Source: an uncultured Alphaproteobacteria bacterium
Lineage (GTDB): Bacteria > Pseudomonadota > Alphaproteobacteria > Rhodobacterales > Rhodobacteraceae
Length of the DNA stretch: 64,000 nucleotides
NCBI GenBank assembly: GCA_963798385.1
Contig: CAWCTE010000006.1
Coordinates: 18,646 to 82,645 of the forward strand
Direction of reading: 5' to 3'
Shown here: positions 1 to 10,028 of the stretch, piece after piece
Position numbering within the stretch: the first letter of the stretch is position 1
How the letters are laid out: each line of letters begins with the position of its first letter
Made by a program: the position numbers and the translations under genes
Notes under the pieces: model-generated
What the model was told of the DNA's origin: nothing
The model's database searches: none
What the model saw: only the letters and a program-made list of their open reading frames with translations

Positions 1-1177
1 GGTCGGCGATCTCGCTGAACGGGGTCTCGCCGCCCGCCTCGATCGCCGCGACCCGGCCCTGCACCGCTTCCAGCCGCTCGGCGAAGCGGTCGAGGAGCAT
101 CTGCGGGTCGCGGGCGGCGAGGGCGGTCTCGAGGTCGGCGATCTTGCCTTCCAGCGGCGCGAGGCGGCCGAGCATCGCCTCGATGCCGGCATCCTTCTGG
201 GCGTAGAGCTCGGTCAGCTGCGCGGCGATCGCCGCGTAGGGGGTCTCGGCGGGGGTCTCGAGCGCCGCCAGCCGATCGCCCAGGGCGGCGTCGGCGGCGC
301 GCAGGGCGTCGAGCCGCTCGGCGAGCCGGTCGAGGACGGGTTGTGGGTCGCGACCGCGGAGCTCGGTCTCGAGCGCGCCGATGCGGGCGACGAGCTGGCC
401 GGCCAGCGCCTCCTTCTGGGCATGGAGCTTGGCGAGCTGCTCGGCGAGGTCCTTGACCGGGCCGCCGGTCTCGGCCTTCAGGCCGGCGATCTCCTTCTTC
501 GCGGCGAGGCCCTCGGCCTGCAGCGCCTCGATGCGGCCTTCGAGGCGCTTCAGCGCCTCGCGGCCGGCTTCCAGCGCCCCGAACCGGGTCTCGAGCTGGC
601 CGAGCCGGGCGATCACCGCGTCGGAGCCCTGGTCGCGGCTTTCCTGGAGCTTCACCAGCCGCTCGGCGAGCGCCGTGGCATTGTCCGCGCCGGGGGCGGC
701 CAGCGTCCCGAGCTTGGCCTCGAGCGCCGCGGTGCCGGCGGCCTGGGCGGCCTGGACCTCGTCGATGCGGCCTTGCAGCGTCTCAAGGAGCGCCCGCGCC
801 TCGGCCGGCTCGCCCATCTGCTCGAGCGCCCGCATCCGGGCGCGGAGCTGGTCGAGGCCGGCCAGCGCGGTCTCCAGGGTGGCGTTCTTGTCACGGACGA
901 GGCCGAGGAGCTGGCCGGCCATCGCCTGCAGCCGCTCCTCGGGGGCGCCGCCCTGGGTGGCGAGGGTGTCGAGGCGGAGGGCGAGGTCGGCCTGAGCGGC
1001 GGCCAGCGCCTCGAGCCGGTCGGCCGTGCTGCGCGGCCGGGGGGCGATGGCCTTCGCCGCGGCCGCCTTCTCGCGGCGGCGCCGATGCTGGCGGAAGGCG
1101 AGCCCGAAGGCCCCGAGGGTGGCGAGGCCCGCCGTACCCAGACCCGCGATACCGATCCCGAAGGACTCCATGATCAT
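1..1177 (-). CDS. Membrane-anchored coiled-coil repeat protein (runs off the left edge)
   Basis: Manual translation: MIMESFGIGIAGLGTAGLATLGAFGLAF (hydrophobic) then RQHRRRR, followed by Ala/Leu/Glu-rich helical repeats such as LAEQLAKLHAQKEA, IAAQLTELYAQKDA and RDPQxxLDRxAERL. Missing from the ORF track because it has no stop inside the window. Confidence 0.7.
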   Translation of the reverse strand, partial: MIMESFGIGIAGLGTAGLATLGAFGLAFRQHRRRREKAAAAKAIAPRPRSTADRLEALAAAQADLALRLDTLATQGGAPEERLQAMAGQLLGLVRDKNATLETALAGLDQLRARMRALEQMGEPAEARALLETLQGRIDEVQAAQAAGTAALEAKLGTLAAPGADNATALAERLVKLQESRDQGSDAVIARLGQLETRFGALEAGREALKRLEGRIEALQAEGLAAKKEIAGLKAETGGPVKDLAEQLAKLHAQKEALAGQLVARIGALETELRGRDPQPVLDRLAERLDALRAADAALGDRLAALETPAETPYAAIAAQLTELYAQKDAGIEAMLGRLAPLEGKIADLETALAARDPQMLLDRFAERLEAVQGRVAAIEAGGETPFSEIAD

Positions 1178-1221
1178 CCGCCCGTACCAGATAAAACTGC
1201 CCCGAGGAGTCTGACAAACCG

Positions 1222-1237
1222 GTTAGCGGCGGGTTAA
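1222..1237 (-). promoter_or_regulatory. CtrA-like box
   Basis: Minus strand TTAA-CCCGCCG-CTAAC, one mismatch to TTAA-N7-TTAAC, between divergent genes. Confidence 0.45.
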
Positions 1238-1374
1238 TCGGGGTGCGGGGGCCAAGCCCCGCCACCGCGGCGTTAACGCAACATACTTTGGGCGCATGCC
1301 GATTAACTTCAATTCAAATTGACACAATCCGGCGAGGGGGTAGATCTGACCCACGGGTGTTTGTGGGGTTTTTG

Positions 1375-2197
1375 ATGTTTGGTTCGGTACGCCTGCGCAA
1401 GGGTGGGATGATTGCGGCCGTGGCTTCGGCTCTGGCGGCGCTGACGTTGGCGACGTCGGCCGGCGCGATGTCCCTCACCATGGACGGGATCACCCTCAAC
1501 GCCAGTCCGTTCAACCGGAGCAAGCTCACCCAGGCCCAGACGGCAATGGCCGACTACCGGGCGACGCACAACATCAGCAATCTCCATGCCGAGACCTTCG
1601 AGGGCTACCAGCCCTGGGGTGTGGGCAAGGGTACCCAGAACCTGCGGCATACCGGCGTCGGCAGCTTCACCCCCTTCGGCGCGACCGGCAGCGGCAACTC
1701 GGTGGTGGGCAGCGGCAAGAAACTGCAGGTGCGCAACGACAACCACATGTTCTGGGGGCGCTACAACAGTTCGAACACCCCTGCCCTGCCACCGGGCCTC
1801 GCCGACGGCAACTGGCTCGACAGCAACGACAACCGCGGCATCAAGTGGAAGATCGACGGGCTCGGATCGTTCAACGCCCTGGCCTTCTTCGTGATCGATG
1901 CCGCCGACGTCGGCGGCAAGTTTTCGATCAAGGTCGGGCGACACGCTGTTCAAGAACCTCGCCAACGGCGCCCGGCTCAAGAACGGCAACATCTACTTTT
2001 TGAGCATCCTGCTGCCCGAGACGGTGGATCACCTGACCCTGCGGTTCTCGCACAACATCCACAACGACGGGTTCGGCATCGACGGCGCCCTCTTCGGCAA
2101 GGCCTCGCCGGTGCCAGTGCCGCCGGCCGCCGCCCTCCTCCTGCCGGCGCTGGCGCTCCTCGCCGGTGTCCGACGGCGCCATCTCCGCCGCGCCTGA
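1375..2197 (+). CDS. VPLPA-CTERM-type sorted surface protein (one frameshift near 1938)
   Basis: Signal peptide ending ATSAGA; Gly/Asn/Ser-rich body; after the shift the frame ends SPVPVPPAAALLLPALALLAGVRRRHLRRA (motif + TM + Arg cluster). Confidence 0.85.
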
Positions 2198-2502
2198 CCG
2201 CCTGGCACACCCGGTTCGGCCCCGTGCGGGACGCGCGGCGGCCCGCCTTTTCCATACGCGTTCTGAGACGATTTCGACTGGCGGCGATGCGGCCAGATTT
2301 TTCGTTCAGGCGAGACCCGGATGAGCAAGGCCAAGAAGCTATGTCCTAAGGAACGGAATGGGCAGGCGCGGGAGACCCTGTTCCATTCGGGAATTGTTTC
2401 CTCCCCCGTGTTCTCCTAAGGATCGCTCCCGGCGGCCGGAGCGGCAGATGAGGCAGGCGATGCGGCAGCGAGATCTCCCCGCGGGCACCGGGGCACCGGC
2501 GC

Positions 2503-3423
2503 ATGCCTGAGGCCCGCGACCGCCCGCGCATCAGCGTCATCATCCCACATTACAACGACCAGCCCGCGCTGGCGGCGGATCTCGCCGCACTCGCCGCGCA
2601 ACGGGGCGACGGGGTCGGCTTCGAGATCATCGTCGTCGACAACGGCTCGGCCGAACTTCCGACTGCGGTCTGCGCCGGTTACCCCGATGTGCGGCTCCTC
2701 AGCGAGACCACCCCCGGCCCCGGCCCGGCCCGGACCCACGGCGCCGCCAATGCCCGGGGCGAGATCCTCGCCTTCGTCGATGCCGACTGCTGCCCCGACC
2801 CGGGCTGGATCCTGGCCATCGACCGCGCCTTCGCCGATCCGGAGGTCCAGATCATCGGCGGCGACGTCCGCATCGCCCCGGCCGATCCGGCCCGGATGAC
2901 CATGGTCGAGGCCTACGAGAGCGTCTTCGCCTACCGCATCCATCTCTACATCGTCCGCGACAACTACACCGGCACCGGCAATATGGCGGTGCGCCGCGAG
3001 ATCTTCGCCGCCGTCGGCCCGTTTGCCGGCATCGGCGTCGCCGAGGACATGGACTGGGGCCGCCGCGCCACCGCCATGGGGTACCGCCTCACATACGTGC
3101 CGGAGATGCGGGTGCGCACCGCCGCCCGCCGCGACTTCGCCGAACTCGCCCGCAAGTGGGACCGCCACATCGCGCATTTCTACGCCGAGAACCGCACCCG
3201 CCCGGCCCCGCGGCTGCGCTGGCTCGCCCGCACCGTGCTCGTCGCCGCCTCGCCCCTGGGCGAGGTCGTCCGCATCGCCCGCAGCGACCGGCTGACGCGT
3301 CCCGCCGACCGTGGCCGGGCGCTGGCCGGCGTCACCCGGCTGCGCCTCTACCGGGCGGCGCAGATGCTGCGCCTCGGCCTCGGTGCTGATCCCCAGCGCC
3401 TCGCCCACGGCTGGCGGGATTGA
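2503..3423 (+). CDS. Glycosyltransferase family 2
   Basis: ISVIIPHYN, VVDNGS, FVDADC, AEDMDW motifs. Confidence 0.9.
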   Translation: MPEARDRPRISVIIPHYNDQPALAADLAALAAQRGDGVGFEIIVVDNGSAELPTAVCAGYPDVRLLSETTPGPGPARTHGAANARGEILAFVDADCCPDPGWILAIDRAFADPEVQIIGGDVRIAPADPARMTMVEAYESVFAYRIHLYIVRDNYTGTGNMAVRREIFAAVGPFAGIGVAEDMDWGRRATAMGYRLTYVPEMRVRTAARRDFAELARKWDRHIAHFYAENRTRPAPRLRWLARTVLVAASPLGEVVRIARSDRLTRPADRGRALAGVTRLRLYRAAQMLRLGLGADPQRLAHGWRD

Positions 3424-3519
3424 TGGCGGTGACCGCCCCGTCCCGCCCTTTCCAACCAAGGGTCGCAGGGCACGAAAGGCGGTGGTAGGATGCTGAACCG
3501 ACAGGAGCGCGGTCGAGCG

Positions 3520-4077
3520 ATGGAACTGCCCAAGCAAACAGAATTCACCGCGGACGAGTTCATCGCCTGGGCCCTGGAACAACCGACGGGTCGCTTCGAG
3601 CTCGACAACGGCATTGTCGTCGCCATGGCCCCGGAGCGGGTGAACCATGGTCGTGCGAAAAGCCAGGTCTGGCTTGCGCTCCGCCTCGCCATCGCGGCGC
3701 GCGGGCTTGGCTGCGAGGCCCTGCCCGATGGCTCGACCGTCCGGATCGACGACCGCAGCGTCTACGAGCCCGATGCGCTCGTCCGGTGCGGAACGCCCCT
3801 GCCCGGCGATGCGATCGAGGTGGGTGACCCGGTCATCGTGGTCGAGGTTGTCTCGCCATCGAGCCGAGGGATCGACAAGGGTGCGAAACTCGCGAGCTAC
3901 TTCTCGCTACCAAGCGTCCGGCACTATCTGATCGTCGATACCGAGAAGCGGATCCTCATCCATCACCATCTGATCGAGGACGGCCGGATCGAATCCCAGT
4001 TCCTTCACGAAGGCCCACTGACGCTCGATCCGCCTGGGTTGACCATCGAGGTTCAGGACATTTTCGTCGGCCTCTGA
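3520..4077 (+). CDS. Uma2 family putative endonuclease
   Basis: RFELDNGIVVAMAPE, YEPDALV, VVEVVSPSS, DKGAKLASYFSLPSVRHYLIVD. Confidence 0.88.
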   Translation: MELPKQTEFTADEFIAWALEQPTGRFELDNGIVVAMAPERVNHGRAKSQVWLALRLAIAARGLGCEALPDGSTVRIDDRSVYEPDALVRCGTPLPGDAIEVGDPVIVVEVVSPSSRGIDKGAKLASYFSLPSVRHYLIVDTEKRILIHHHLIEDGRIESQFLHEGPLTLDPPGLTIEVQDIFVGL

Positions 4078-4268
4078 CGGCGCAACTCTAAAGGGCTGGC
4101 CCCCATTCACCAGCCCTTACCAAAAATTTTTCTTTTGGGGCAACGTCCTGATCGCAAACCAAAGGTGGGTATGTCCCGATGAACACTGCGTTATTGGCGC
4201 ACAAACTTCCTTGCGGTGCACTCACAAATGGCCCATAATGTCAGTGCATCAAACGCAAGGGCACATGA

Positions 4269-4532
4269 ATGAGCAATTTGACCATCAGAATGGATCCGCA
4301 GGAGAAACGGGAATTGATGGCTTGGGCCGGGGTAAGGGGTACAAGCGTAACCGACTACATAAAGCAGCTCGTCGCTGCCGATATGGTCGCCGGCAGCCCG
4401 GAAGAACGTGTCGCCGCCTGGTATCGCGAAAACGAATCTGCGATTTTGGCGGAGGCGAATTACATCAAGGAAAATGGTCTGCCTGGATCGCATCTGGCTC
4501 TGAATCATCCTTGGCCTGATGCAGAAGTTTGA
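4269..4532 (+). CDS. ccdA: CcdA-like antitoxin with N-terminal ribbon-helix-helix
   Basis: N-terminal LTIRMDPQEKREL; C-terminal WYRENESAILAEANYIKENGLP resembles the CcdA toxin-binding tail; overlaps the toxin gene. Confidence 0.65.
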   Translation: MSNLTIRMDPQEKRELMAWAGVRGTSVTDYIKQLVAADMVAGSPEERVAAWYRENESAILAEANYIKENGLPGSHLALNHPWPDAEV

Positions 4533-4818
4533 TGTCTTCAAGATCGGACACGCTCTGTATCTTGTTGTTCAGGCAGAGCATCTGCTGGAACTCAACACTG
4601 CTGTTCTCGTGCCGATTCTGCCGTCCGATTCGCTTCCAGCGGTGAGCCAACTCACTGTCGATATCCGGATCGAAGGCGATCCGTACCGTGTTCGGGCGCA
4701 CATGCCGCTGACTGTGGAAACTCAACGCCTGAGACGCCTGAAGCCACTGTGTCGTCTGTCGGCGGATGAAGGTCAAAAAGTGATGGACAGCCTGAATGCG
4801 GTTTTGTGGGGCCTGTAG
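4519..4818 (+). CDS. ccdB: CcdB family toxin
   Basis: 99 aa; MQKFDVF, LVVQAEHL, TAVLVPIL, C-terminal LNAVLWGL like the CcdB WGI end. Confidence 0.75.
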   Translation: MQKFDVFKIGHALYLVVQAEHLLELNTAVLVPILPSDSLPAVSQLTVDIRIEGDPYRVRAHMPLTVETQRLRRLKPLCRLSADEGQKVMDSLNAVLWGL

Positions 4819-4944
4819 GCGGCGCCCGGAAATGCGCAGCAGACAATCGACTTTCAACATCTATGGAAGGGGCTGGCCCCGTTCACGCATTCTTTGCTTC
4901 TGTCCCGGATGCGGGTTGATAGTTTTACGCGTGGAGGACCCCGT

Positions 4945-7398
4945 ATGCCCGCCCCCCGTCTCCTGATCCCGCTGCTCCTCGCCGCGGCGCTCATCTCGGG
5001 CTGCGACACCGCCGAGGAACGGGCCGAGGCCCACCACCAGCGGGCGACCGAGCTCCTGGCCGAAGGCAAGGTCGAGCAGGCGATCGTGGAGTTCCGCAAC
5101 GTCTTCAAGCTCGACGGCAACAACACCGCAGCGCGGCGCGACTATGCCGACCTGATGGTCGCGCAGGGGAACATCCAGGAGGCGATCGGCCAGTACCTGC
5201 GTCTGGTCGAGCAGGACTGGGGCAACGTCGCCGGCCACAAGCGGCTGGCCGAGCTGGCGCTGCAGATCCAGGATCTCACCACCGCCCAGACCCACGCCGA
5301 CCGCGCCTACGAGCTCGACCCCAAGGATCCCGAGATCCGCGCCTACAAGGCCACCACCGACTTCGCCGCCGGCAAGCGCGAGGCGGCGGTGAAGATGGCC
5401 GAGGGGGTGCTGACCGAGACCCCCGGCAACCTGCCCGCCCAGATGGTGCTGATCGCCGACCGCATGCGCGCCGGCGACAATGCCGCGGCCCTCGGGCTGA
5501 TCGAGACGGCCCTCGCCGGCGCGCCCGAGGACGAGAGCCTGCATCTCGTCAAGCTCGCGGCGCTCGAGAGGAGCGGCGACCGCGACGCGGTCGGGGCCGA
5601 GCTCGAGCGGATGACCGAGCTCTTCCCGGAGAACGACAGCGTCACCCAGGCGCTCATCCAGTGGCACCTGCAGACCGGCGACATCGACGCGGCCGAGCCG
5701 CTGCTGCGCGCCCGGGCCGCGGCGGCGGCCGCGGGCGCGCCGGAGCGGATCGCGGCGGATCTCGCGCTGGTGCAGGCCCTCTACCAGACCCGCGGCGCCG
5801 ATGCCGCCCGGACCGAGCTCGACCGGCTGGTGGCGGAGAGCCCGGAGTCCATCCCCTATGCCCGGGCCCGCGCCGGGCTCGAGGTGAGCGAGGGCGAGAC
5901 CGAGACCGGCATCGCCGAGCTGCGCGCCATCATCGACGGCAGCGAGCCCTCCGACGCGCGCCGCGACACCCAGGTGACGCTGGCCCAGGTCCTCGAGCAG
6001 AGCGGCGACGCCGCCGGGGCCGCGGCGCTGGTCGACGCGGTGCTGGCCGAGGACTCGACCCATGTCGGCGCGCTGAAGCTGCGCGCCCGGCGGGCGATCG
6101 ACGACGACCGGCCCGACGCGGCGATCGGCGACCTTAGGACCGCGCTCAACCAGGAGCCGCGGGATTCCGAGACCCTGACGCTGATGGCCATGGCCCACGA
6201 GCGCGCCGGCGCCCACGAGCTCGCCGGCGAGCAACTCTCCCAGGCGGTGGAGGTCTCCGGCAAGGGCCCGGCGGAATCGATCCGCTACGCCCGGTTCCTG
6301 ATGGCCGACGGCCGCCTCGACCCGGCGGCGGCGGTCATCGCCGAGTCGCTGCGCCAGCATCCGCAGGTGCCCGACCTCCTGGCCGAGCTCGGCCGGGTCC
6401 GCCTCGGCCAGCGCGACTGGGCGAGCGCCGGCGAGGTGGTGGCCGAGCTCCGGGCGATCGGCACTCCCGCCGCCACCGCCCAGGCGACGGCCCTCGACGC
6501 CGAGGTGCTGAGCGGCCAGAACCACTATGCCGAGGCCATCGACATGCTCGAGGGCCAGGCGGGCGAGGCCGGCGACCAGCGCCCTGCCCTGCCGGGGATC
6601 GTGCAGACCTACCTGCGCGCCGGCGATCTCGCCGGGGCCCGGACCTATCTCGAAGGGGTGGTCGGGGACACCCCGGACGCCCCTCTGCCCCGGCTGATGC
6701 TGGCCGGCGTCATGGCGCTCTCGGGCGAGGCCGCCGCGGCGGAGGCGGCCTATCGCGGGCTGATCGCCGACGCGCCGGACTACGCCCCCGCCTACCAGGG
6801 CCTCTACCTGCTGCAGGCCTCCGCCGGGGACGCCGCGGCGGCCGCGGCGACGCTGGAGGCGGGGCTCGCCGCCACCGACCGGGATCCGCGGCTCCTCTTC
6901 CTGCAGGCCGGCCAGCTCGAGGTCGCGGGCGACTTCGAGGGGGCGATCTCGGTCTACGAGGACCTCTACGCCCAGGACACCGGTTCGGAGCTCATCGCCA
7001 ACAACCTGGCGAGCCTGCTCTCCAGCCACCGGCCCGACCCCGAGAGCCAGGAGCGGGCCTACAGCATCGCCCGGCGCCTGAGGAGCGCCGACGAGCCGCA
7101 TTTCCAGGACACCTACGGCTGGATCCTGGCCCGGCGCGGCGAGGCCGAGGAGGCGCTGCCGCATCTCGAGCGCGCCGCGGCGGGGCTGCCGCAGGAGCCC
7201 CTGGTCCTCTACCACCTCGGCGCCGCCCAGCACGCCCTCGGCCAGCCCGAGGCGCGCGCGAGCCTCGAGCGGGCGGTGGCCGCCGCCGGGCCGGGCACCC
7301 CGGACGCGGCGATGGCGGAGGCCCGCAGCCTCCTGGAGGAGATCAAGAACGCGCCGCCGCCGGAGGCGGCGGACGATCCGGCGCCCGCCCAGCCCTGA
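4945..7398 (+). CDS. TPR-repeat lipoprotein (PrsT-like, exosortase-system associated)
   Basis: Lipobox LISGC; AIVEFRNV; many TPR-like helices; ANNLASLL and DTYGWIL motifs. Confidence 0.85.
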   Translation: MPAPRLLIPLLLAAALISGCDTAEERAEAHHQRATELLAEGKVEQAIVEFRNVFKLDGNNTAARRDYADLMVAQGNIQEAIGQYLRLVEQDWGNVAGHKRLAELALQIQDLTTAQTHADRAYELDPKDPEIRAYKATTDFAAGKREAAVKMAEGVLTETPGNLPAQMVLIADRMRAGDNAAALGLIETALAGAPEDESLHLVKLAALERSGDRDAVGAELERMTELFPENDSVTQALIQWHLQTGDIDAAEPLLRARAAAAAAGAPERIAADLALVQALYQTRGADAARTELDRLVAESPESIPYARARAGLEVSEGETETGIAELRAIIDGSEPSDARRDTQVTLAQVLEQSGDAAGAAALVDAVLAEDSTHVGALKLRARRAIDDDRPDAAIGDLRTALNQEPRDSETLTLMAMAHERAGAHELAGEQLSQAVEVSGKGPAESIRYARFLMADGRLDPAAAVIAESLRQHPQVPDLLAELGRVRLGQRDWASAGEVVAELRAIGTPAATAQATALDAEVLSGQNHYAEAIDMLEGQAGEAGDQRPALPGIVQTYLRAGDLAGARTYLEGVVGDTPDAPLPRLMLAGVMALSGEAAAAEAAYRGLIADAPDYAPAYQGLYLLQASAGDAAAAAATLEAGLAATDRDPRLLFLQAGQLEVAGDFEGAISVYEDLYAQDTGSELIANNLASLLSSHRPDPESQERAYSIARRLRSADEPHFQDTYGWILARRGEAEEALPHLERAAAGLPQEPLVLYHLGAAQHALGQPEARASLERAVAAAGPGTPDAAMAEARSLLEEIKNAPPPEAADDPAPAQP

Positions 7399-7406
7399 CG
7401 GCTGGC

Positions 7407-7425
7407 GTTTCACGTGTGAAACACC
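7407..7425 (+). repeat. Palindromic 19-mer GTTTCACGTGTGAAACACC, copy 1
   Basis: Identical 19-mer on the minus strand at 35495-35513; resembles parS with two extra central bases. Confidence 0.6.
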
Positions 7426-7481
7426 GGTAACCATCTGAACTCAGGGCGATTCATGAAGATTAAAATTTCGGGAGCGCCGGG

Positions 7482-8711
7482 GTGGGCGTGACGGCGCCGG
7501 CCGGCGGGCGGGTGGCGCGGCGGGTCTGCATCCTCGCCTACGAGCGCCCGTTCGTGGACCGGCAGGGCAGCTCCACCTATCTCGACCACCTGGCGCGCAG
7601 CCTCGGCGCCGGCGGCGCCGAGGTGCACCTGCGCATCCTGCAGGCGCCGTGGCGCGACCAGCTGCGCCTCTCGCTCCTGCCGGGGTATCTCGACGCCTAT
7701 GCCAGCGTGGCGCTCCGCGGCACCTGGCGGCGGGGGGAGAAGTTCTATGCCCGCGACCCGCGGAACTGGCTCGGGCGGCTCGGGCGCGCCGCGGCCCGGC
7801 CGCAGGGGCCCTGGGCGCTCCTCCGCCCGGAGCCCGCGGCCGCGGCCTGGGCGGCGGCGGAGGTGGCGCGGCTCGCCCCCGACTGGGTGATCGCCAACTA
7901 CTTCAACGCCGCCGAGATCTTCGACCGGCTGCCCCCGGGCCCGTCGAAGGCGATCCTGCTCCACGACGTCTTCGCGCTCCGGGCCGAAAGCCTCGAAGCC
8001 CTCGGCCGGCCGCTCGATTTCGATCCGGCGATGATCCCCCGCGAGGCGGCCGCCTTCCGCGCCGCCGATCTCGTCCTCGCCATCAAGCCGGAGGAGGCGG
8101 CGCAGGTGCGCGGGGTGGCGCCCGGTACCGCCGTCGCCACCCTGCCCTTCGCCGTCGACATCCCCACGACCGACCTCGCCGCCCCGCGCCCGCCGGTGGC
8201 GCTCTTCGTCGGCGCGATCAATCCGCCGAACGTCGATGCGCTCGACTGGCTGCTCGACGCGATCTGGCCGCTGGTGCGCCGCCGGCGGCCCGATGCCCGG
8301 CTCCGGGTGGTGGGCCGGGTGGTCGAGCGCCGCGCCGGCGCCTGGCCCGCGGGCGCCGAGGCCGTGGGCTTCGTCGAGGACCTCGGCCCCGAATACGCGC
8401 GCGCGGCGGCGGTGCTGGCGCCGATCCGCTTCGGCAGCGGCGTCAAGATCAAGCTGGTCGAGGGCCTCGCCCAGGGGCTGCCCGGGATCGCCACCCCCGC
8501 CGGCGCCGAGGGGCTGGCGGCGCTGCCGCCCGCGGCGCTGCGCGTCGCCGACACCGCGGACGGCTTCGCCGCGGCGCTCGCCGCGGCCCTCGACGACCCC
8601 GATCCGGCCGCGGCCCGCCAAGCGGCCCGGGCGGCGGCGGCGGCGCATTACGCCCGCGACGCCATCGCCCGGCAGCTCGCGGCCGACCTCGACCGGGTCA
8701 GGCCCCGGTAA
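7482..8711 (+). CDS. Glycosyltransferase family 4
   Basis: LFVGAINPPNVDAL, APIRFGSGVKIKLVEGLAQGLP. Confidence 0.88.
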   Translation: MGVTAPAGGRVARRVCILAYERPFVDRQGSSTYLDHLARSLGAGGAEVHLRILQAPWRDQLRLSLLPGYLDAYASVALRGTWRRGEKFYARDPRNWLGRLGRAAARPQGPWALLRPEPAAAAWAAAEVARLAPDWVIANYFNAAEIFDRLPPGPSKAILLHDVFALRAESLEALGRPLDFDPAMIPREAAAFRAADLVLAIKPEEAAQVRGVAPGTAVATLPFAVDIPTTDLAAPRPPVALFVGAINPPNVDALDWLLDAIWPLVRRRRPDARLRVVGRVVERRAGAWPAGAEAVGFVEDLGPEYARAAAVLAPIRFGSGVKIKLVEGLAQGLPGIATPAGAEGLAALPPAALRVADTADGFAAALAAALDDPDPAAARQAARAAAAAHYARDAIARQLAADLDRVRPR

Positions 8712-8796
8712 CCACAGCCGGTAACCGAAGCGGCCGAGGGGAGTGGCATTCGGCCCGGCTTGGCCCTATGGGCATCCTCGGCCAACGGAGACGAAC

Positions 8797-9681
8797 ATGC
8801 AGGTCGGCGAGCTCATCAGCGTCGTGATCCCCGCCTACAACCGCGAGCGGTCGATCGCCCGCGCCATCTCGGCGGTGCTGGCCCAGACCTATCCGAACAT
8901 CGAGATCGTGGTGGTGGACGACGCCTCCACCGACGGCACCGCCGCGACGGTCGCGGCGATCGGCCACCCCAAGGTGCGCCTGGTGCGCCACGACCGGAAC
9001 CGCGGCGCCGCCGCCGCCCGCAACACCGGCGTCCGGGAGGCCAAGGGCGCCTTCGTCGCCTTCCAGGACAGCGACGACGACTGGCTGCCGGAGAAGCTCG
9101 CCCGGCAGGCGGCGCACCTCGCCGGCCTCGAGCCCGACTACGTCGCCACCTTCTGCACCAAGATCGACTATGGCTGCGACGCGAACCGCAACTACGGGCC
9201 GCGGCTGGTCTGCTGCATGCCCGACCCGCGCGAGGACATCCGGAGCGGCGATCTCCACCAGCGGCTGATGCGCGGCAACATCATCGGCCCGCAGACGGTG
9301 CTGATCGAGCGGGCGGCGTTTCTCGCCGCCGGCGGCATGGACGAGAAGCTCCGCAACAACGAGGACTGGGATTTCTTCATCCGTCTCTCCGAGCGCGGCA
9401 AGATCGGCTTTCTCGACGACCCGCTGGCGCTGGTGCTGATCTCCGAGGACGGGATTTCGCGCAAGAACCGCGCGAGCGCGGCGAGCTTCGTGCGGGTCTA
9501 TGGCAAGATCCGCCGCAAGACCACGGACCGGGAACTTCTGAGCTACCTCGCCTCGCAGACCTCGACCAAGCTCCGGCACATCGGCCGGCCCCGGGCGGCC
9601 CGCACCTACCTGCGCCGGGCGCTGGCGCTCCGGCCGCTGGAGCCGAAACTCTACGCGAAATACCTGCGTACCTATGTGTGA
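8797..9681 (+). CDS. Glycosyltransferase family 2
   Basis: ISVVIPAYNR, VVDDASTD, AFQDSDD, NEDWDF. Confidence 0.92.
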   Translation: MQVGELISVVIPAYNRERSIARAISAVLAQTYPNIEIVVVDDASTDGTAATVAAIGHPKVRLVRHDRNRGAAAARNTGVREAKGAFVAFQDSDDDWLPEKLARQAAHLAGLEPDYVATFCTKIDYGCDANRNYGPRLVCCMPDPREDIRSGDLHQRLMRGNIIGPQTVLIERAAFLAAGGMDEKLRNNEDWDFFIRLSERGKIGFLDDPLALVLISEDGISRKNRASAASFVRVYGKIRRKTTDRELLSYLASQTSTKLRHIGRPRAARTYLRRALALRPLEPKLYAKYLRTYV

Positions 9682-10028
9682 GGGGCGCAAAGGCCACGGT
9701 CGCGGGTTCGGGGGCCCCTGCCCTCTCGTGTGCAACGGCGCTTCCATGTTATAGCCAGCGCCTGCCGGTCTGCCCCGTCATGAGTAAAGAGGTTTCGCCG
9801 ATGCCCGGGATTTTCGTCCGCCCCCGAATCTTCTGCCGGAATGACGGGTCCCGGGGAATCCTGGCAGGCAGACCTTAACCACGCGGTGCATATCCTCCTC
9901 CGGGCACCGCGACCGAATGGACAACCCGCGGCGGGATGGTTAGTTTTTATGTGCAGTGCAGCATCAGGCAGGGGCATGAGCACGGTGAGCAGGCAGACCC
10001 GCGCCGGCACGGCCGCGGGACGGCGGGC

